64,000 nt of DNA from an uncultured virus (IMG/VR IMGVR_UViG_3300012352_000670) (IMGVR_UViG_3300012352_000670); one strand, 5' to 3'; positions 27,291 to 36,956 are shown, counted from the first letter of the stretch. The notes: generated by a model not told the origin, from the letters alone. Translations and numbers: made by a program.

Positions 27291-27977
27291 TGGCCGAGGA
27301 ATTTGCAGAAGGGGGGTACTATGCTATATTGATCGCTAGGTGCTTTTGGCGGGTGAGACGGCAGTTGCTTGTTTTGGGGCCGCGCGTATTTGTTTCCGGT
27401 CCTGAGGGGGGTCACCCTATGAGGTCATTCGTTGTTTGGTTTCGCGTTTTGGTTTCGCGAAAAACCTTGATAGTCATTCGTCAAAAGGGTCATAACTTCT
27501 AGGGGGTCTTCCCCTAGCAAGGGTCAAAACATTAGGGCTAGGCGAGCAACTTTTGAACAACCTTTTTCCTAGGCAACATTTCATTGGTTGTTAGGTATGC
27601 GAAACTTCGAACGAAAACTCTAGGGGGTCATTCCAAGTTTGCCTAGGGGCTAACAACCTATCAACGAATCCAAACCTAGAGATAGCCAAGCTGCCAAACT
27701 AGGCAAGCCAAGAATAGGCAAGTCAAGAACTTCTGCCAAGGCTTCCAAGCTTTTCACTTCGATCGAAATTGGTCTTGTGAGTTTGTGAAAGTGTCACTAA
27801 ACAAGGCGAGCGCGAACGAAAAAAGTTTGGGGCTTTCCGGGCGAGAGAGAGTCCAGGCGCGGATCGACCAACCAAGAACCTGGCAACGGCAAGCCCAAGC
27901 TTCGAGCAACCTTGACGGCAACGGCAAAAGAAAACCCCCTAGGGGGCTAGGGGGCTTTCGGGTTACCGCTTTGGGGG

Positions 27978-28211
27978 TTAGCGGTAAGTCTTTGCTAGGC
28001 GGTATCCGTATGCCTTTACCGCGAGCGCGATAATCACCGCAACCGCGCTAACGGCAAGAATAATCGGGTAAGCAACTTCACCGAATCGGCTTAGGTCATT
28101 GTCCATTGCCAACGCGTAGTAATCCGCGCCAATAAAAACGGCAACGGCAACCGCAACGAAAACAATCGTGCTTAGTGTGCTTTGTGCTTTCTCAAACTTC
28201 TGAATGTTCAT
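27978..28211 (-). CDS. Two-TM membrane protein (cassette)
   Basis: Own promoter TTGACA/TAAATT, SD and terminator. Confidence 0.7.
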   Translation of the reverse strand: MNIQKFEKAQSTLSTIVFVAVAVAVFIGADYYALAMDNDLSRFGEVAYPIILAVSAVAVIIALAVKAYGYRLAKTYR

Positions 28212-28368
28212 TTCCGTATCCCTTTCGTTTTGCTAGGCGGTATCACCTAACACTTCTAATTTACCAACCTTCAACCATTTGTCAAGGGTTTCCGCAAACA
28301 TTTTTTCGAGCGTGTCGCGGTAAAGAAAAACCCCTAGCCACAATCGGCTAGGGGCTTTCCGTAAGTTG

Positions 28369-28608
28369 TTAGAGAGTGTTTTCGATAATCTCTTCGGCAA
28401 CCATTACGCCGTTTCCGTTTTCATCGTTGTAAGCAAGTCCACGAACAACAACGCGAACCCCTGCGCGAGCGGTTGCGTAAAAGTCCACGATGGCGCGAAA
28501 CTTCTCTTCGCCGTAAGTTTCGTATGCGTAGGTCATTACCTGTCCGTCTTCGAAAGTAACTTCGGCAACGGTGGTGACGATGGTCTTTGTGGTGTCTACT
28601 ACTAGCAT
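28369..28608 (-). CDS. Hypothetical protein (cassette)
   Basis: TTGACA/TATGCT promoter, AAAGGGAAA SD, terminator. Confidence 0.7.
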   Translation of the reverse strand: MLVVDTTKTIVTTVAEVTFEDGQVMTYAYETYGEEKFRAIVDFYATARAGVRVVVRGLAYNDENGNGVMVAEEIIENTL

Positions 28609-28791
28609 TTCATTTCCCTTTCGTTGTATAAACCTTTTGGCTTATGTAATAAGCATACGCCTTTTTTCGTGTTTGTCAAATCAAATCAGAAACTTTTTTC
28701 CTGGCGTGTCGTTTCGATCGAAATTGCCACGAACGAAACGGCAAAAGAAAAACCCCCAACCCTTTCGGGCTAGGGGCTTTCGCTTTCCCTT

Positions 28792-29094
28792 TTACTTTGT
28801 GGTTAGGGTCAGAACATCGGTGAACTTCACCAAGGCTTCATAAGCTTCTGGGTAAGTAGCTTCGAATGAATCCCAATCGTTTACCGAACGGCGAACGCTC
28901 TCAACAACTTCGGCAATCACTTCGCCAGTCTTTGGGTCTGCGATTACGGTTGCGGTGTTGCCAGTCTCACCCAAGACAACCTTGCGAATCGCGCTCTCGC
29001 GGTTTGCCAAGTCTGCCTTTGCCTTCTTCACATCTACCAACTCGGCGATTAGTGAAACTAGGTCTACTACTACGGTCTCGGTCTTTGCGGTCAT
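28792..29094 (-). CDS. Coiled-coil hypothetical protein, paralog of 34542..34838
   Basis: Shares RRSVNDWD.FEATYPEAYEALVKFTDVLTL with the paralog. Confidence 0.75.
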   Translation of the reverse strand: MTAKTETVVVDLVSLIAELVDVKKAKADLANRESAIRKVVLGETGNTATVIADPKTGEVIAEVVESVRRSVNDWDSFEATYPEAYEALVKFTDVLTLTTK

Positions 29095-29422
29095 TTCATT
29101 TCCCTTTCGTTTTTGTATCTAAGCCAACTGGCTTATGGAATAAGCATAAGCGGTATTTTTTGTTTTGTCAAATCGAATCGGCAATTTTTGGTAACAGGTT
29201 GATAACAAGAATTTGGCACTCGCCCCGGCAGACTGCTAACCAACTTCCAACCAAGGCCGCGAGCGCGAGCTGCTTCCGGTCCGGCAAACTTCCAACGAAC
29301 AACCTGGGCAAGCCTGGCGCGAGCTACGAAAAAATTTGATCGATCGACCAAACCAATTTCGATCGAAATACGGCGAGCGCGAAAAACCCCTAGCGTTTCC
29401 ACTAGGGGCTTCGGGCTTCGGA

Positions 29423-29755
29423 TTAGAATCGGTATTCCGAAAAGAACTTCACTTCTTCAAATCGGCAATTGGTAATCGTTTCTTCGTGTGCTTCGCCGTT
29501 GCTCTCGCAATCGTCATTCGCGCATTCTTCACACAACCAAGTAACCAAGACATCGCCATTGAACGAAACCAAATCAAAAGTCACATCAAGAATCTCAATC
29601 GCCTTGCTCTCGCGCCCTGCGGTAATCCAATCTAGGTTGTCCTTTAGCCAAGCGGTGAAAACCTGCTCTGCTTGTTCCTTGCTTCCGCCGATGAACTTCG
29701 CGCCATCAATCTCGCGAGTAGCGAATACAGTTTCGGTCCTGGTGTCTAGTAGCAT
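29423..29755 (-). CDS. Hypothetical protein with CxxC motif (cassette)
   Basis: Start MLLDTR after the long SD. Confidence 0.65.
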   Translation of the reverse strand: MLLDTRTETVFATREIDGAKFIGGSKEQAEQVFTAWLKDNLDWITAGRESKAIEILDVTFDLVSFNGDVLVTWLCEECANDDCESNGEAHEETITNCRFEEVKFFSEYRF

Positions 29756-30064
29756 TTCATTTCCCTTTCGTTTTGCCGTTTGGCTTATGTAATAAGCGTA
29801 GCGCGTATTTGCCAAAAGTCAAGTCAAATCTAGAGAAATTTGGTAACAAATAAATAACGAAAATTCCTAGCTCAAGCTGCGTCAAGCTGCGAACAAACCC
29901 GGCGCGAGCTGCCAACTTTCCACGAACAAGCTGCGAGCTTCCAGGGCTTCCGGCAAAAGAACCAGGGCGGATCGATCGACCATCAGCTTTCTAATTTCGA
30001 TCGAAACCGCGAGCGCGTAAAAAGAAAACCCCCGCTTTCGCGAGGGCTTTCCATTTTCTTCGGG

Positions 30065-30235
30065 CTAGTAGTTTTCGTTCACCCATTCGAGCATTTGCTC
30101 ATAGGTTGCGCCACTTTTGTAAAGTTCCGCCAACTCTTCGTTTTCTGCCAGTAGCCAAACATCTACGGTTGATTCTGCCGACAAGCTCATTAGCAAGTGA
30201 CGAACAGTGTTTGCGGTCTTTGCGTCTAATGCCAT
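30065..30235 (-). CDS. Small hypothetical protein (cassette)
   Basis: MALDAK after the long SD; terminator at 30019. Confidence 0.6.
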   Translation of the reverse strand: MALDAKTANTVRHLLMSLSAESTVDVWLLAENEELAELYKSGATYEQMLEWVNENY

Positions 30236-30347
30236 TTTGTTTCCCTTTCGTTTTTCGGCTTTCTGCCGATAACAAAAGTATGCCATACATCTGCCAAAAA
30301 CACAACAACCGCCACATTGGGCGGTTGCGTGTCGCGAGCGTGTCGCG

Positions 30348-30773
30348 CTAGAACAATTCGTCTTCGTCTTCGGGCTTCGGCTCAAAAGTAATCAAGCCAG
30401 TTCCAACAGGCTCATCGTGAGAGTAGCGAACAACAGTAAGCGTCTTGCCACCATCTGAGAGAGTGAATCGTAAAGTCCAATCGCCATTGATAGACAACTT
30501 CTCAACCATCTCGTCTGGCGTTAGGTAAGCGTATCCGCTCAAGCGTTGCCAAGTCATTCCAGTTCCGCGAGCAACCAACTCGGTGTCTTCGTCATAACCG
30601 TTTGCGCTCATCCAAGGCTTCAGAATCTCAGACTTGAAATTAGCCATCTCGTCTTCGTAGCAACCCCAACAAGAATCGCTAGGCGAATAGGTGTCGGTGT
30701 CTTCATCCCAATCTTCGCAAATACAAGAATTGGTCAATTCGTAGTTTTCGTATTCGGTGATTACAGTTTCCAT
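30348..30773 (-). CDS. Acidic hypothetical protein (CxC..CxxC, SHDEP motif)
   Basis: SD; promoter TTGACT/GATACT. Confidence 0.7.
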   Translation of the reverse strand: METVITEYENYELTNSCICEDWDEDTDTYSPSDSCWGCYEDEMANFKSEILKPWMSANGYDEDTELVARGTGMTWQRLSGYAYLTPDEMVEKLSINGDWTLRFTLSDGGKTLTVVRYSHDEPVGTGLITFEPKPEDEDELF

Positions 30774-31044
30774 TTTCGTTTCCCTTTCATTCGAGCCTTT
30801 CGGCTAATCCAAGTATCCCGCGTTTCGAGAAAAAAGTCAAGCAACTTCCAACGAATGTTGTTCCAGTGTGACGCGCGGATCGACCAGGGGGCAAGCTGCG
30901 AGCTGCGAGCTGCGAGCTGCGAGCTACGATCGATCGATCGACCAGGGTCCGGCCAGGCCAGGGCAAGCTAGGCCAGGGCAGTCTGCGAGCGCCGTTTGAT
31001 CGTGATCCCGCGAGCGCGAGCTTTCCGAATCTAGGCGTGATAAA

Positions 31045-31072
31045 AGGCCAGTTTAGAGACTTAGCCTAGGTC
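31045..31072 (-). ncRNA. Small H-type pseudoknot, copy 1
   Basis: GAC-CU-AGGCUA-A-GUC-UCUAAAC-UGGCCU; covaries with the copy at 37104. Confidence 0.55.
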
Positions 31073-31096
31073 TTTGTTTTCGTAGGGAAACGAAAC

Positions 31097-31468
31097 TTAG
31101 TGAGAGTGTTCCATTGCCTTTAGAACGACTTCCATAATCTTATCAGTTTCTTCACTAGTGAGAGACTCAATCTCGCCATCGTAGTTCTCGCCACCAGTGA
31201 TTAGAATGTTACCAACAATAAAGTCAGTCTTGCCGTATGAGTCTTCCCAAATAGCCGTAGCCAACTCATTTAGCGGAAGGTCTGAAAACTTACCCTCTTC
31301 GTTTAGCCACATTGACAAGCCACGTAGTGAACCTGCCAACGGGACAACCTGAACCCAACCGCCAACGAATGACTGTAAGAACTCAAGTGAAATAATTTCG
31401 TGTGTCTCTTCCCCAAAAATAAATCCGCCGTCTTCATTCGAGCGAATTGCGAATACCTTCGTAGTCAT
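31097..31468 (-). CDS. DUF3846-like protein
   Basis: LEFLQSFVGG.VQ...NEEGK...LP.N..AT...IVGN..I.G. Confidence 0.75.
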   Translation of the reverse strand: MTTKVFAIRSNEDGGFIFGEETHEIISLEFLQSFVGGWVQVVPLAGSLRGLSMWLNEEGKFSDLPLNELATAIWEDSYGKTDFIVGNILITGGENYDGEIESLTSEETDKIMEVVLKAMEHSH

Positions 31469-31539
31469 TTTGTTTCCCTTTCCTTTGCGCTAGCGTTTGC
31501 TAACAGAATCAGTTTACTGCGTTTTGATAAAAAGTCAAA

Positions 31540-31701
31540 TCAATCTCGTGATAACCACAACGAACCTAAAGCTGCGAGCAACAGTAGTCCTGGCGCGATG
31601 GCGTTGTCATACCCAATAGCGAATCCCATAACGAACATAAACCCTAGCCCGATCGAGATACCACGCCAAATAATCGCAAACTCAGAATTGCGCTTTGACA
31701 T
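31540..31701 (-). CDS. Small two-TM membrane protein (53 aa)
   Basis: MSKRNSEFAIIWRGISIGLGFMFVMG...; not in ORF track. Confidence 0.5.
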   Translation of the reverse strand: MSKRNSEFAIIWRGISIGLGFMFVMGFAIGYDNAIAPGLLLLAALGSLWLSRD

Positions 31702-31888
31702 TTTGCCACCACTTCCAAATTGCGGTTAGGGGTTTGCGCTCTTGACGACGGCGACCGTGGCGACCACCTTTGACATAAGACTTGTGCGCGAGTGTCTGCG
31801 TTGTGTGAAAGGTGCGATAAGCGACTGAACCAATCACGCGCCAAAGCTTCTCCATAAAACGGTGATACCTAATCACGATTATTTCCAC
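31682..31888 (-). CDS. Basic hypothetical protein
   Basis: Overlapping, coupled ORF. Confidence 0.45.
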   Translation of the reverse strand: MEIIVIRYHRFMEKLWRVIGSVAYRTFHTTQTLAHKSYVKGGRHGRRRQERKPLTAIWKWWQNVKAQF

Positions 31889-32103
31889 CTCTTGATAGTA
31901 ATGGTGCGACCAACAAACTCAACATCCAAAGCGATACCAGTTTCGTTCACAACTTCAAACTCCATCCCATCAAAGATAGAGAACACATTTGGCTTCGCGT
32001 CAAACTCGGCGAGTGCGCCAAATACTTCGAGCGCGGTCTTGCGTGCGCTCATAAGTTCCTTGCGCCTTTTGTAGCGACTTACGACTTCGAGATTACTGCC
32101 CAT
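31879..32103 (-). CDS. Hypothetical protein
   Basis: GAAAGGG SD. Confidence 0.55.
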   Translation of the reverse strand: MGSNLEVVSRYKRRKELMSARKTALEVFGALAEFDAKPNVFSIFDGMEFEVVNETGIALDVEFVGRTITIKRWK

Positions 32104-32228
32104 TTTTCAGCCCTTTCTGCTTTACATTCGGCACAAATCTGGCGACTTGAATAGTTGCCAATCCAAGGCACTTCAACAGTCTTACCACAATCCCAGCAAC
32201 CAATCCAAATCGTGTCTTGCTTTCCCAT
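32079..32228 (-). CDS. Small Zn-finger protein (CxxC..CxxC)
   Basis: CWDC...CAEC; long SD. Confidence 0.6.
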   Translation of the reverse strand: MGKQDTIWIGCWDCGKTVEVPWIGNYSSRQICAECKAERAEKWAVISKS

Positions 32229-32309
32229 TTCGTTTCCCCTTTCTAGGTATTTCCAGACTAGCCTAGTTTGCTCAAACAAGCAACAAACAAACTTCGGCGT
32301 GTTGCGTGT

Positions 32310-32453
32310 CTACTTGAACATCCGCAATTGTTGTGCGAACCAATCGTCAAAATCTCCATCGCAATCTTCACACAACGGATGGACTTGCCCAACGAACGCT
32401 TCGATCTCGGCTTCGCATTTGTAGCAAGTTGTAGTCTCTTTGGTTTCCATCAT
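32310..32453 (-). CDS. Small Zn-finger protein (CxxC..CxxC)
   Basis: CYKC...CEDC; own promoter. Confidence 0.6.
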   Translation of the reverse strand: MMETKETTTCYKCEAEIEAFVGQVHPLCEDCDGDFDDWFAQQLRMFK

Positions 32454-32731
32454 TTCCCTTTCTTTGGATACCAACAGGTTACCCCATAACAGAAACAAAA
32501 GCAAGCAACTTCAAACGAATACCGCGAGCGCGTTTCGATCCTGGCAAGCTCCGGTCCGGCCAGGGTGCAGCTCTGATCGATCAGCGAGCGCGGCCGTAGT
32601 TCACCGGACAAAAGAAAAACGGTAGCAAGGGGGGACTTGCTACCGCTTTCTTTGCGGAAGGTGAAAGGGGGATAACTCCTTCCGCGTTATCACTTAGGCG
32701 AGTAATCTCAAGCCCAAGCAACTCTTACAGT

Positions 32732-33079
32732 CTACACGCTCTCTGACATTTTCGCAAACTCGGTGAAAGTTTCACCCTTGTAGCGATAGACACCAGTGTC
32801 GGCATTGACATAGACAGTTGGGTTGTTCACCCAACCAACGACTTCAGGGTCATCTCCATAGTTGTCAATCCCGAATGAAAGCTCGCCATCGTAGTTTCCT
32901 AGGGTTGCGAACTCGTAGAAAATCTGCGCGGTGAGGTAGCTCGCGTCACCGATACGGTCACTACGACCTAAGACATTGCGAACGGCAAGAATGTTGTCTT
33001 CTCCCGACCAGTGCCCATAAAAGGTAATCGGCGTCTTGAAACCCTCGGCTTCGACTTGAATGTATGCGCGGTCACCCAT
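32732..33079 (-). CDS. Hypothetical protein (MGDRA..YGHWSG type)
   Basis: TAATG coupling; N-terminus similar in pattern to 35053..35577. Confidence 0.65.
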   Translation of the reverse strand: MGDRAYIQVEAEGFKTPITFYGHWSGEDNILAVRNVLGRSDRIGDASYLTAQIFYEFATLGNYDGELSFGIDNYGDDPEVVGWVNNPTVYVNADTGVYRYKGETFTEFAKMSESV

Positions 33080-33288
33080 TATGCCACCGCCACCCATTTG
33101 ACAGCGGTGCGTAGCAAGTTGTCATAATCGCCACTCGTGCTCTCCTCGTAGTATTCGTCAATCTCAGACTGAGGAACGCCTGCGCTCTTTAGCGCGCTTG
33201 CTACACGACCCATAATCGCGAAAGCATTTCCATCTTCCCCGACCAACTGAACTTGAACATCTGGATACTTCGGCTCTCCGAAACTCAT
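33079..33288 (-). CDS. Small conserved phage/mobile-element protein (GEDGNAF..MG.V motif)
   Basis: LVGEDGNAFAIMGRV..AL..AG...SGDYD.LL. Confidence 0.7.
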   Translation of the reverse strand: MSFGEPKYPDVQVQLVGEDGNAFAIMGRVASALKSAGVPQSEIDEYYEESTSGDYDNLLRTAVKWVAVA

Positions 33289-33444
33289 TTTCTTTCCCTA
33301 CTTTCCTAGGCAATCTGCCTAATACAAAGATAATACATTTTGCTTGTTAGCGCAACTTCAAACGAATACTAATTTCGTGTCTTCTGATCGATCAACCAAG
33401 GCGACTAGCTTCGATCCGCGAGCGCGGCCGTAGCCGAGCTCCCC

Positions 33445-33852
33445 CTAGTCTTCGTCTTCTTCGTCTTCGTCTTCGTCTTCGTCTTCGTAGTCATTACAAA
33501 CACCAGCGCAACCGCTCTCACCGCAATCTTCGCAATCGTCTTCTTCGAACTGCCCAATCAAAGTTTCGAATCCTTCGTTAGCGTCCACACCTTCTGGCAT
33601 AGTAGAGACCGCGCTCACAAAACGTAGACCACAGCTTTCTTCATACCAGTGCTTGACTTTCTCCAACATCTTGTCCGCGCTCATTGCGTATTTGGTGATG
33701 AGACCTTCTGTATCAGTTCCATCCCCATAGCCATACTCGCGCATAAGCGAGACTTGCTCATCGTCCATAAGCACGTAAATCTTGTGGCAAGTGTCCCAAG
33801 CAATCGCCTTGGCGTCTACCAATCGTTCTTCAACCAAATCAAAGTTTGTCAT
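33445..33852 (-). CDS. Acidic hypothetical protein with poly-ED tail
   Basis: WDTCHKIY...SCGLRF; SD and promoter present. Confidence 0.7.
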   Translation of the reverse strand: MTNFDLVEERLVDAKAIAWDTCHKIYVLMDDEQVSLMREYGYGDGTDTEGLITKYAMSADKMLEKVKHWYEESCGLRFVSAVSTMPEGVDANEGFETLIGQFEEDDCEDCGESGCAGVCNDYEDEDEDEDEEDED

Positions 33853-34541
33853 TTCGTTTCCCTTTCGTTTAGGCGTTTTCGCCTAACTAAAAGATACCGC
33901 ATTTCGGGACAATACGCAACATCCAACGAACATTTTTTTCGTGTCTTGATCGATCGACCAGCTCCCGGGTCATCTAACTTCCAACGAATTAGTTGCAGCT
34001 TGTTAGATCTGGATCGCCGGTAACCACCTGGCTAGATCTCCCTGGTCCGGCCCTGGTGATCAGATCAATCTCAGCTGCGAGATCTCCGGGGATCAGCTGC
34101 GCAACTTCGGACAAAAAGAAAACCCCCTTTCGGGGGCTTCTTNNNNNNNNNNNNNNNNNNNNNNNNNNNNNNNNNNNNNNNNNNNNNNNNNNNNNNNNNN
34201 NNNNNNNNNNNNNNNNNNNNNNNNNNNNNCATCTTGCACCCCCTATCTCCCTTTCTACTTCCAAAACTACCACCCAACCCAAAACTTGTCAAGTGTTTTT
34301 TGATAACGAATCTGTAACACTCTCGAGCTGCCTCGAGCTGCCTCGAGCTGCGCCAGCTCCGGTGAAACTTCCAACGAGCTGCCACTAAGCTGCAACGCCA
34401 GCTGCCGCGATTCGCTTCATAACTTCTAACGAACCATCAACGATCACGATCAAACCAGGGCGACCGGTAATCGGATCGACCAGCGACCAGAGAAAGAAAA
34501 ACCCCCCAGTCTTTCGACTGAGGGGCTTGTCTGCCTCGAGA

Positions 34542-34838
34542 TTACTTCTTGACAGTGTTGAGGGTCAGGACATCAGTAAACTTCACTAGTGCCTCGTATG
34601 CCTCTGGATAGGTTGCCTCGAACTCGTCCCAGTCATTGACTGAACGGCGAGTGCTCTCGACTACCTCGGCGATAATCACGCCAGCCTCGTCAGCAATCGA
34701 AACAGCAGTGTTGCCAGTCGCTCCAAGAACCGACTTGCGGATAACGCTCTCACGAGCAGATAGTTCAGCCTTTGCTTCACGAACTGAAACCAGTTCGTCA
34801 ATCAGGGCTACAACATCAACGACAACAGCCTTAGCCAT
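34542..34838 (-). CDS. Coiled-coil hypothetical protein, paralog of 28792..29094
   Basis: High visible identity to 28792..29094. Confidence 0.75.
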   Translation of the reverse strand: MAKAVVVDVVALIDELVSVREAKAELSARESVIRKSVLGATGNTAVSIADEAGVIIAEVVESTRRSVNDWDEFEATYPEAYEALVKFTDVLTLNTVKK

Positions 34839-35052
34839 TTTCGTCCTTTCCCTAGAAATCAAGCCAACCTTGTGTTCGCTTGTAATACCAAGCCTAGTCT
34901 GCTAAGTTTCGCAAGTCAAGCCCAGAGGGCACTTTTTTGTCACAAAATGGTAACGAATTTTTTAGCTGATCAATCAGCTGCAACCGGTGATCGCCAGGAT
35001 CTCGGGCAAAAGAAAACCCCCACATTTCTGCGGGGGCAATCTTTTGTGGCGA

Positions 35053-35577
35053 CTAGACGCGAGACTCGCTCGCGTTGTAGCAACCCTTCACAAACTCTTC
35101 GTTCGTGCTTGGAAAGTCATCCAACGAAAACTCCACTCGAGGTTCGTCAGACCCAGCGTAGACCTTGAGGGTTCGAGTGTCGAGGTCAAGGACATACGCC
35201 CACTCGCAAAACAAGGTGTCCTGTAAAAATGCCATCTCGTTTACCAGAGGCACGCGCTTTGTTGCATTGGCAACCACGCTAAGGATTTCGGCACAAGTGT
35301 CGCGAGAGAGAGTTGGATAGGCCTCGCTAAATGCTTGGCCTTGCTCCATAGTCATCCAGCCTTCTTCACTCTGATACTTCGAGTAGATGGCCTTGAGTTC
35401 GTCCTCGTCTGCCCAGTAAGCCTTGTCCAAGTTTGCCTCGAGACGAGCCACTCCCGCGTGCTTGACGAATTCATAGACAGTTGTGCCCTGTCCCTCTGGA
35501 TAGCCATCCCATTGGCCATACTGCGCGATTACAGGTGCGCCATTCTTGATTACTGCAGTTAGGTTTCGAGTTCCCAT
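35053..35577 (-). CDS. Hypothetical protein (MGTR..QWDGYP.G.G..EWAY type)
   Basis: Motif pattern common in phage early proteins; start moved to the ATG after the SD. Confidence 0.7.
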   Translation of the reverse strand: MGTRNLTAVIKNGAPVIAQYGQWDGYPEGQGTTVYEFVKHAGVARLEANLDKAYWADEDELKAIYSKYQSEEGWMTMEQGQAFSEAYPTLSRDTCAEILSVVANATKRVPLVNEMAFLQDTLFCEWAYVLDLDTRTLKVYAGSDEPRVEFSLDDFPSTNEEFVKGCYNASESRV

Positions 35578-35759
35578 TGTTTCCCTTTCGATTAGTAGCC
35601 TTTTGACTACCCTCTGATTATTGCATAGTCCAGCAAACTTTGCAACAACACGCCCAAACTTCGTTCGATGTTTCAGCGCCGGTGATCCTGGCTCTGATTG
35701 ATCAGACAAAAGAAAACCCCGCGAGCTGCGAGAGCTGCGGGGCTAACTTTGAGTCAGCG

Positions 35760-35990
35760 TTACTCAGGTGAGCCAGTCAACTTTTCCAGTAGAGCATTGA
35801 CCTGCGGTGAGAAAGTAAACATTACGGCACTCACCAAACCAATCAACATTCCATTGTTCCAAATCTCTTCAATCTTGAGTGAACTCTCTGCCCCCAAGAG
35901 CAACAGACCCAGATAAACAAAAACATAGGCTCCAGATACCATTGGCACTGCTAACGCTCCGAAGATTGCTCTGCGAATGTAAAACTTCAT
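35760..35990 (-). CDS. Two-TM membrane protein
   Basis: Hydrophobic segments; cassette signals. Confidence 0.65.
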   Translation of the reverse strand: MKFYIRRAIFGALAVPMVSGAYVFVYLGLLLLGAESSLKIEEIWNNGMLIGLVSAVMFTFSPQVNALLEKLTGSPE

Positions 35991-36198
35991 TTTTCCCTAC
36001 TTTCCGTAGCAACTTGCTACAAAATAAAAATACCATCAACTGATAAAAAAAGCAACAACCAACGAAGAAAAACTTTTCACCAGCTTGAGATCCCTCGAGA
36101 TCTTCCGGCCCTGGTGATCGATCTAAGCTGCAGCTCTTTCGCCGGACAAAGAGAAAACGCCCACCCCGAAGGGTGAGCGTTCGCTCTCGAAACTCTAC

Positions 36199-36408
36199 CT
36201 ACGCATTTAGGCGAGAGTTCACGATTTCCAGAAGTGCGTTAGACACCTCTAGAACCTTGTTCACCTCTGCGAACATCTTTAGTTCGGTGAGAGTGTTTGC
36301 CACCTCCATAAGAGTAGCAACGGTCTCAGCCAAAGGCTGAACAGCATCCAACTTTGCGTTGGTGCGCTCGAGGAACTCAAGTCCCTCGGTGATAACTGGA
36401 TTAGTCAT
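36199..36408 (-). CDS. Small helical hypothetical protein
   Basis: MTNPVI after the long SD; terminator at 36148. Confidence 0.6.
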   Translation of the reverse strand: MTNPVITEGLEFLERTNAKLDAVQPLAETVATLMEVANTLTELKMFAEVNKVLEVSNALLEIVNSRLNA

Positions 36409-36545
36409 CGTTTCCCTTTCTGTTGGAACTTTTCCAACTACTAGAACTTTAGCATAGTCTTCGGACATTTTACGACATTTCCAAAAACTTTTTTTCAGCT
36501 GCTGATCCGGCAAACCTGGCGATCGATCCGGCGAGCGCCGCGCCC

Positions 36546-36749
36546 CTAATCTTTTGCTAGGGGAACGGTGTTCAGGATTTCGAGAGCTTCTGAGTAAAGC
36601 TCCATCTCGGAATCTTCCGACCACTCGCAAGACTCGGTGTCCCAGACTTGCTCGCTCTTATCAAACCGCGCGGTGAAAACATCATCATCGATGAACGGCT
36701 CGCGCGTATCAAGATCAACGCCCACCACGAAGTAAACCTGCTTGCCCAT
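36546..36749 (-). CDS. Acidic small protein downstream of the HicA-like gene (possible antitoxin)
   Basis: Abuts the HicA-like stop; GAGG SD. Confidence 0.5.
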   Translation of the reverse strand: MGKQVYFVVGVDLDTREPFIDDDVFTARFDKSEQVWDTESCEWSEDSEMELYSEALEILNTVPLAKD

Positions 36750-36956
36750 TTATTTCCTCTCGATTGTGATTCCGTGTCGGCGAAGTTCCGACACCAAGTT
36801 TTTGACGGCACGCCCGTCTGACGGAGTGGACGCGGAGAAAACTATCTGCCCACTTGGCGAAGTCCACTTCAAGTGTCCCCCACCAGTTAGAGTTACGACC
36901 CAGCCCTTAGACTCGGCGACCTTGACTATCTGCTTGAATTCTTTTCTGTTCGACAT
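36750..36956 (-). CDS. HicA-like dsRBD-fold toxin/mRNA interferase
   Basis: AESKGWVV..TGGGHLKW..P.G..V....TPSD.RA..N....LRR.G; leaderless. Confidence 0.7.
   Translation of the reverse strand: MSNRKEFKQIVKVAESKGWVVTLTGGGHLKWTSPSGQIVFSASTPSDGRAVKNLVSELRRHGITIERK

Noticed and set aside
30894..30925. Tandem AGCTGCG x4 (and CTCGAGCTGC x3 at ~34322) as an independent VNTR or iteron
   Set aside because: Better explained as part of the AGCT/GCWGC-rich spacers already reported.
33989..34388. ORFs spanning the N-gap
   Set aside because: Artefacts of translating through Ns and spacer sequence.
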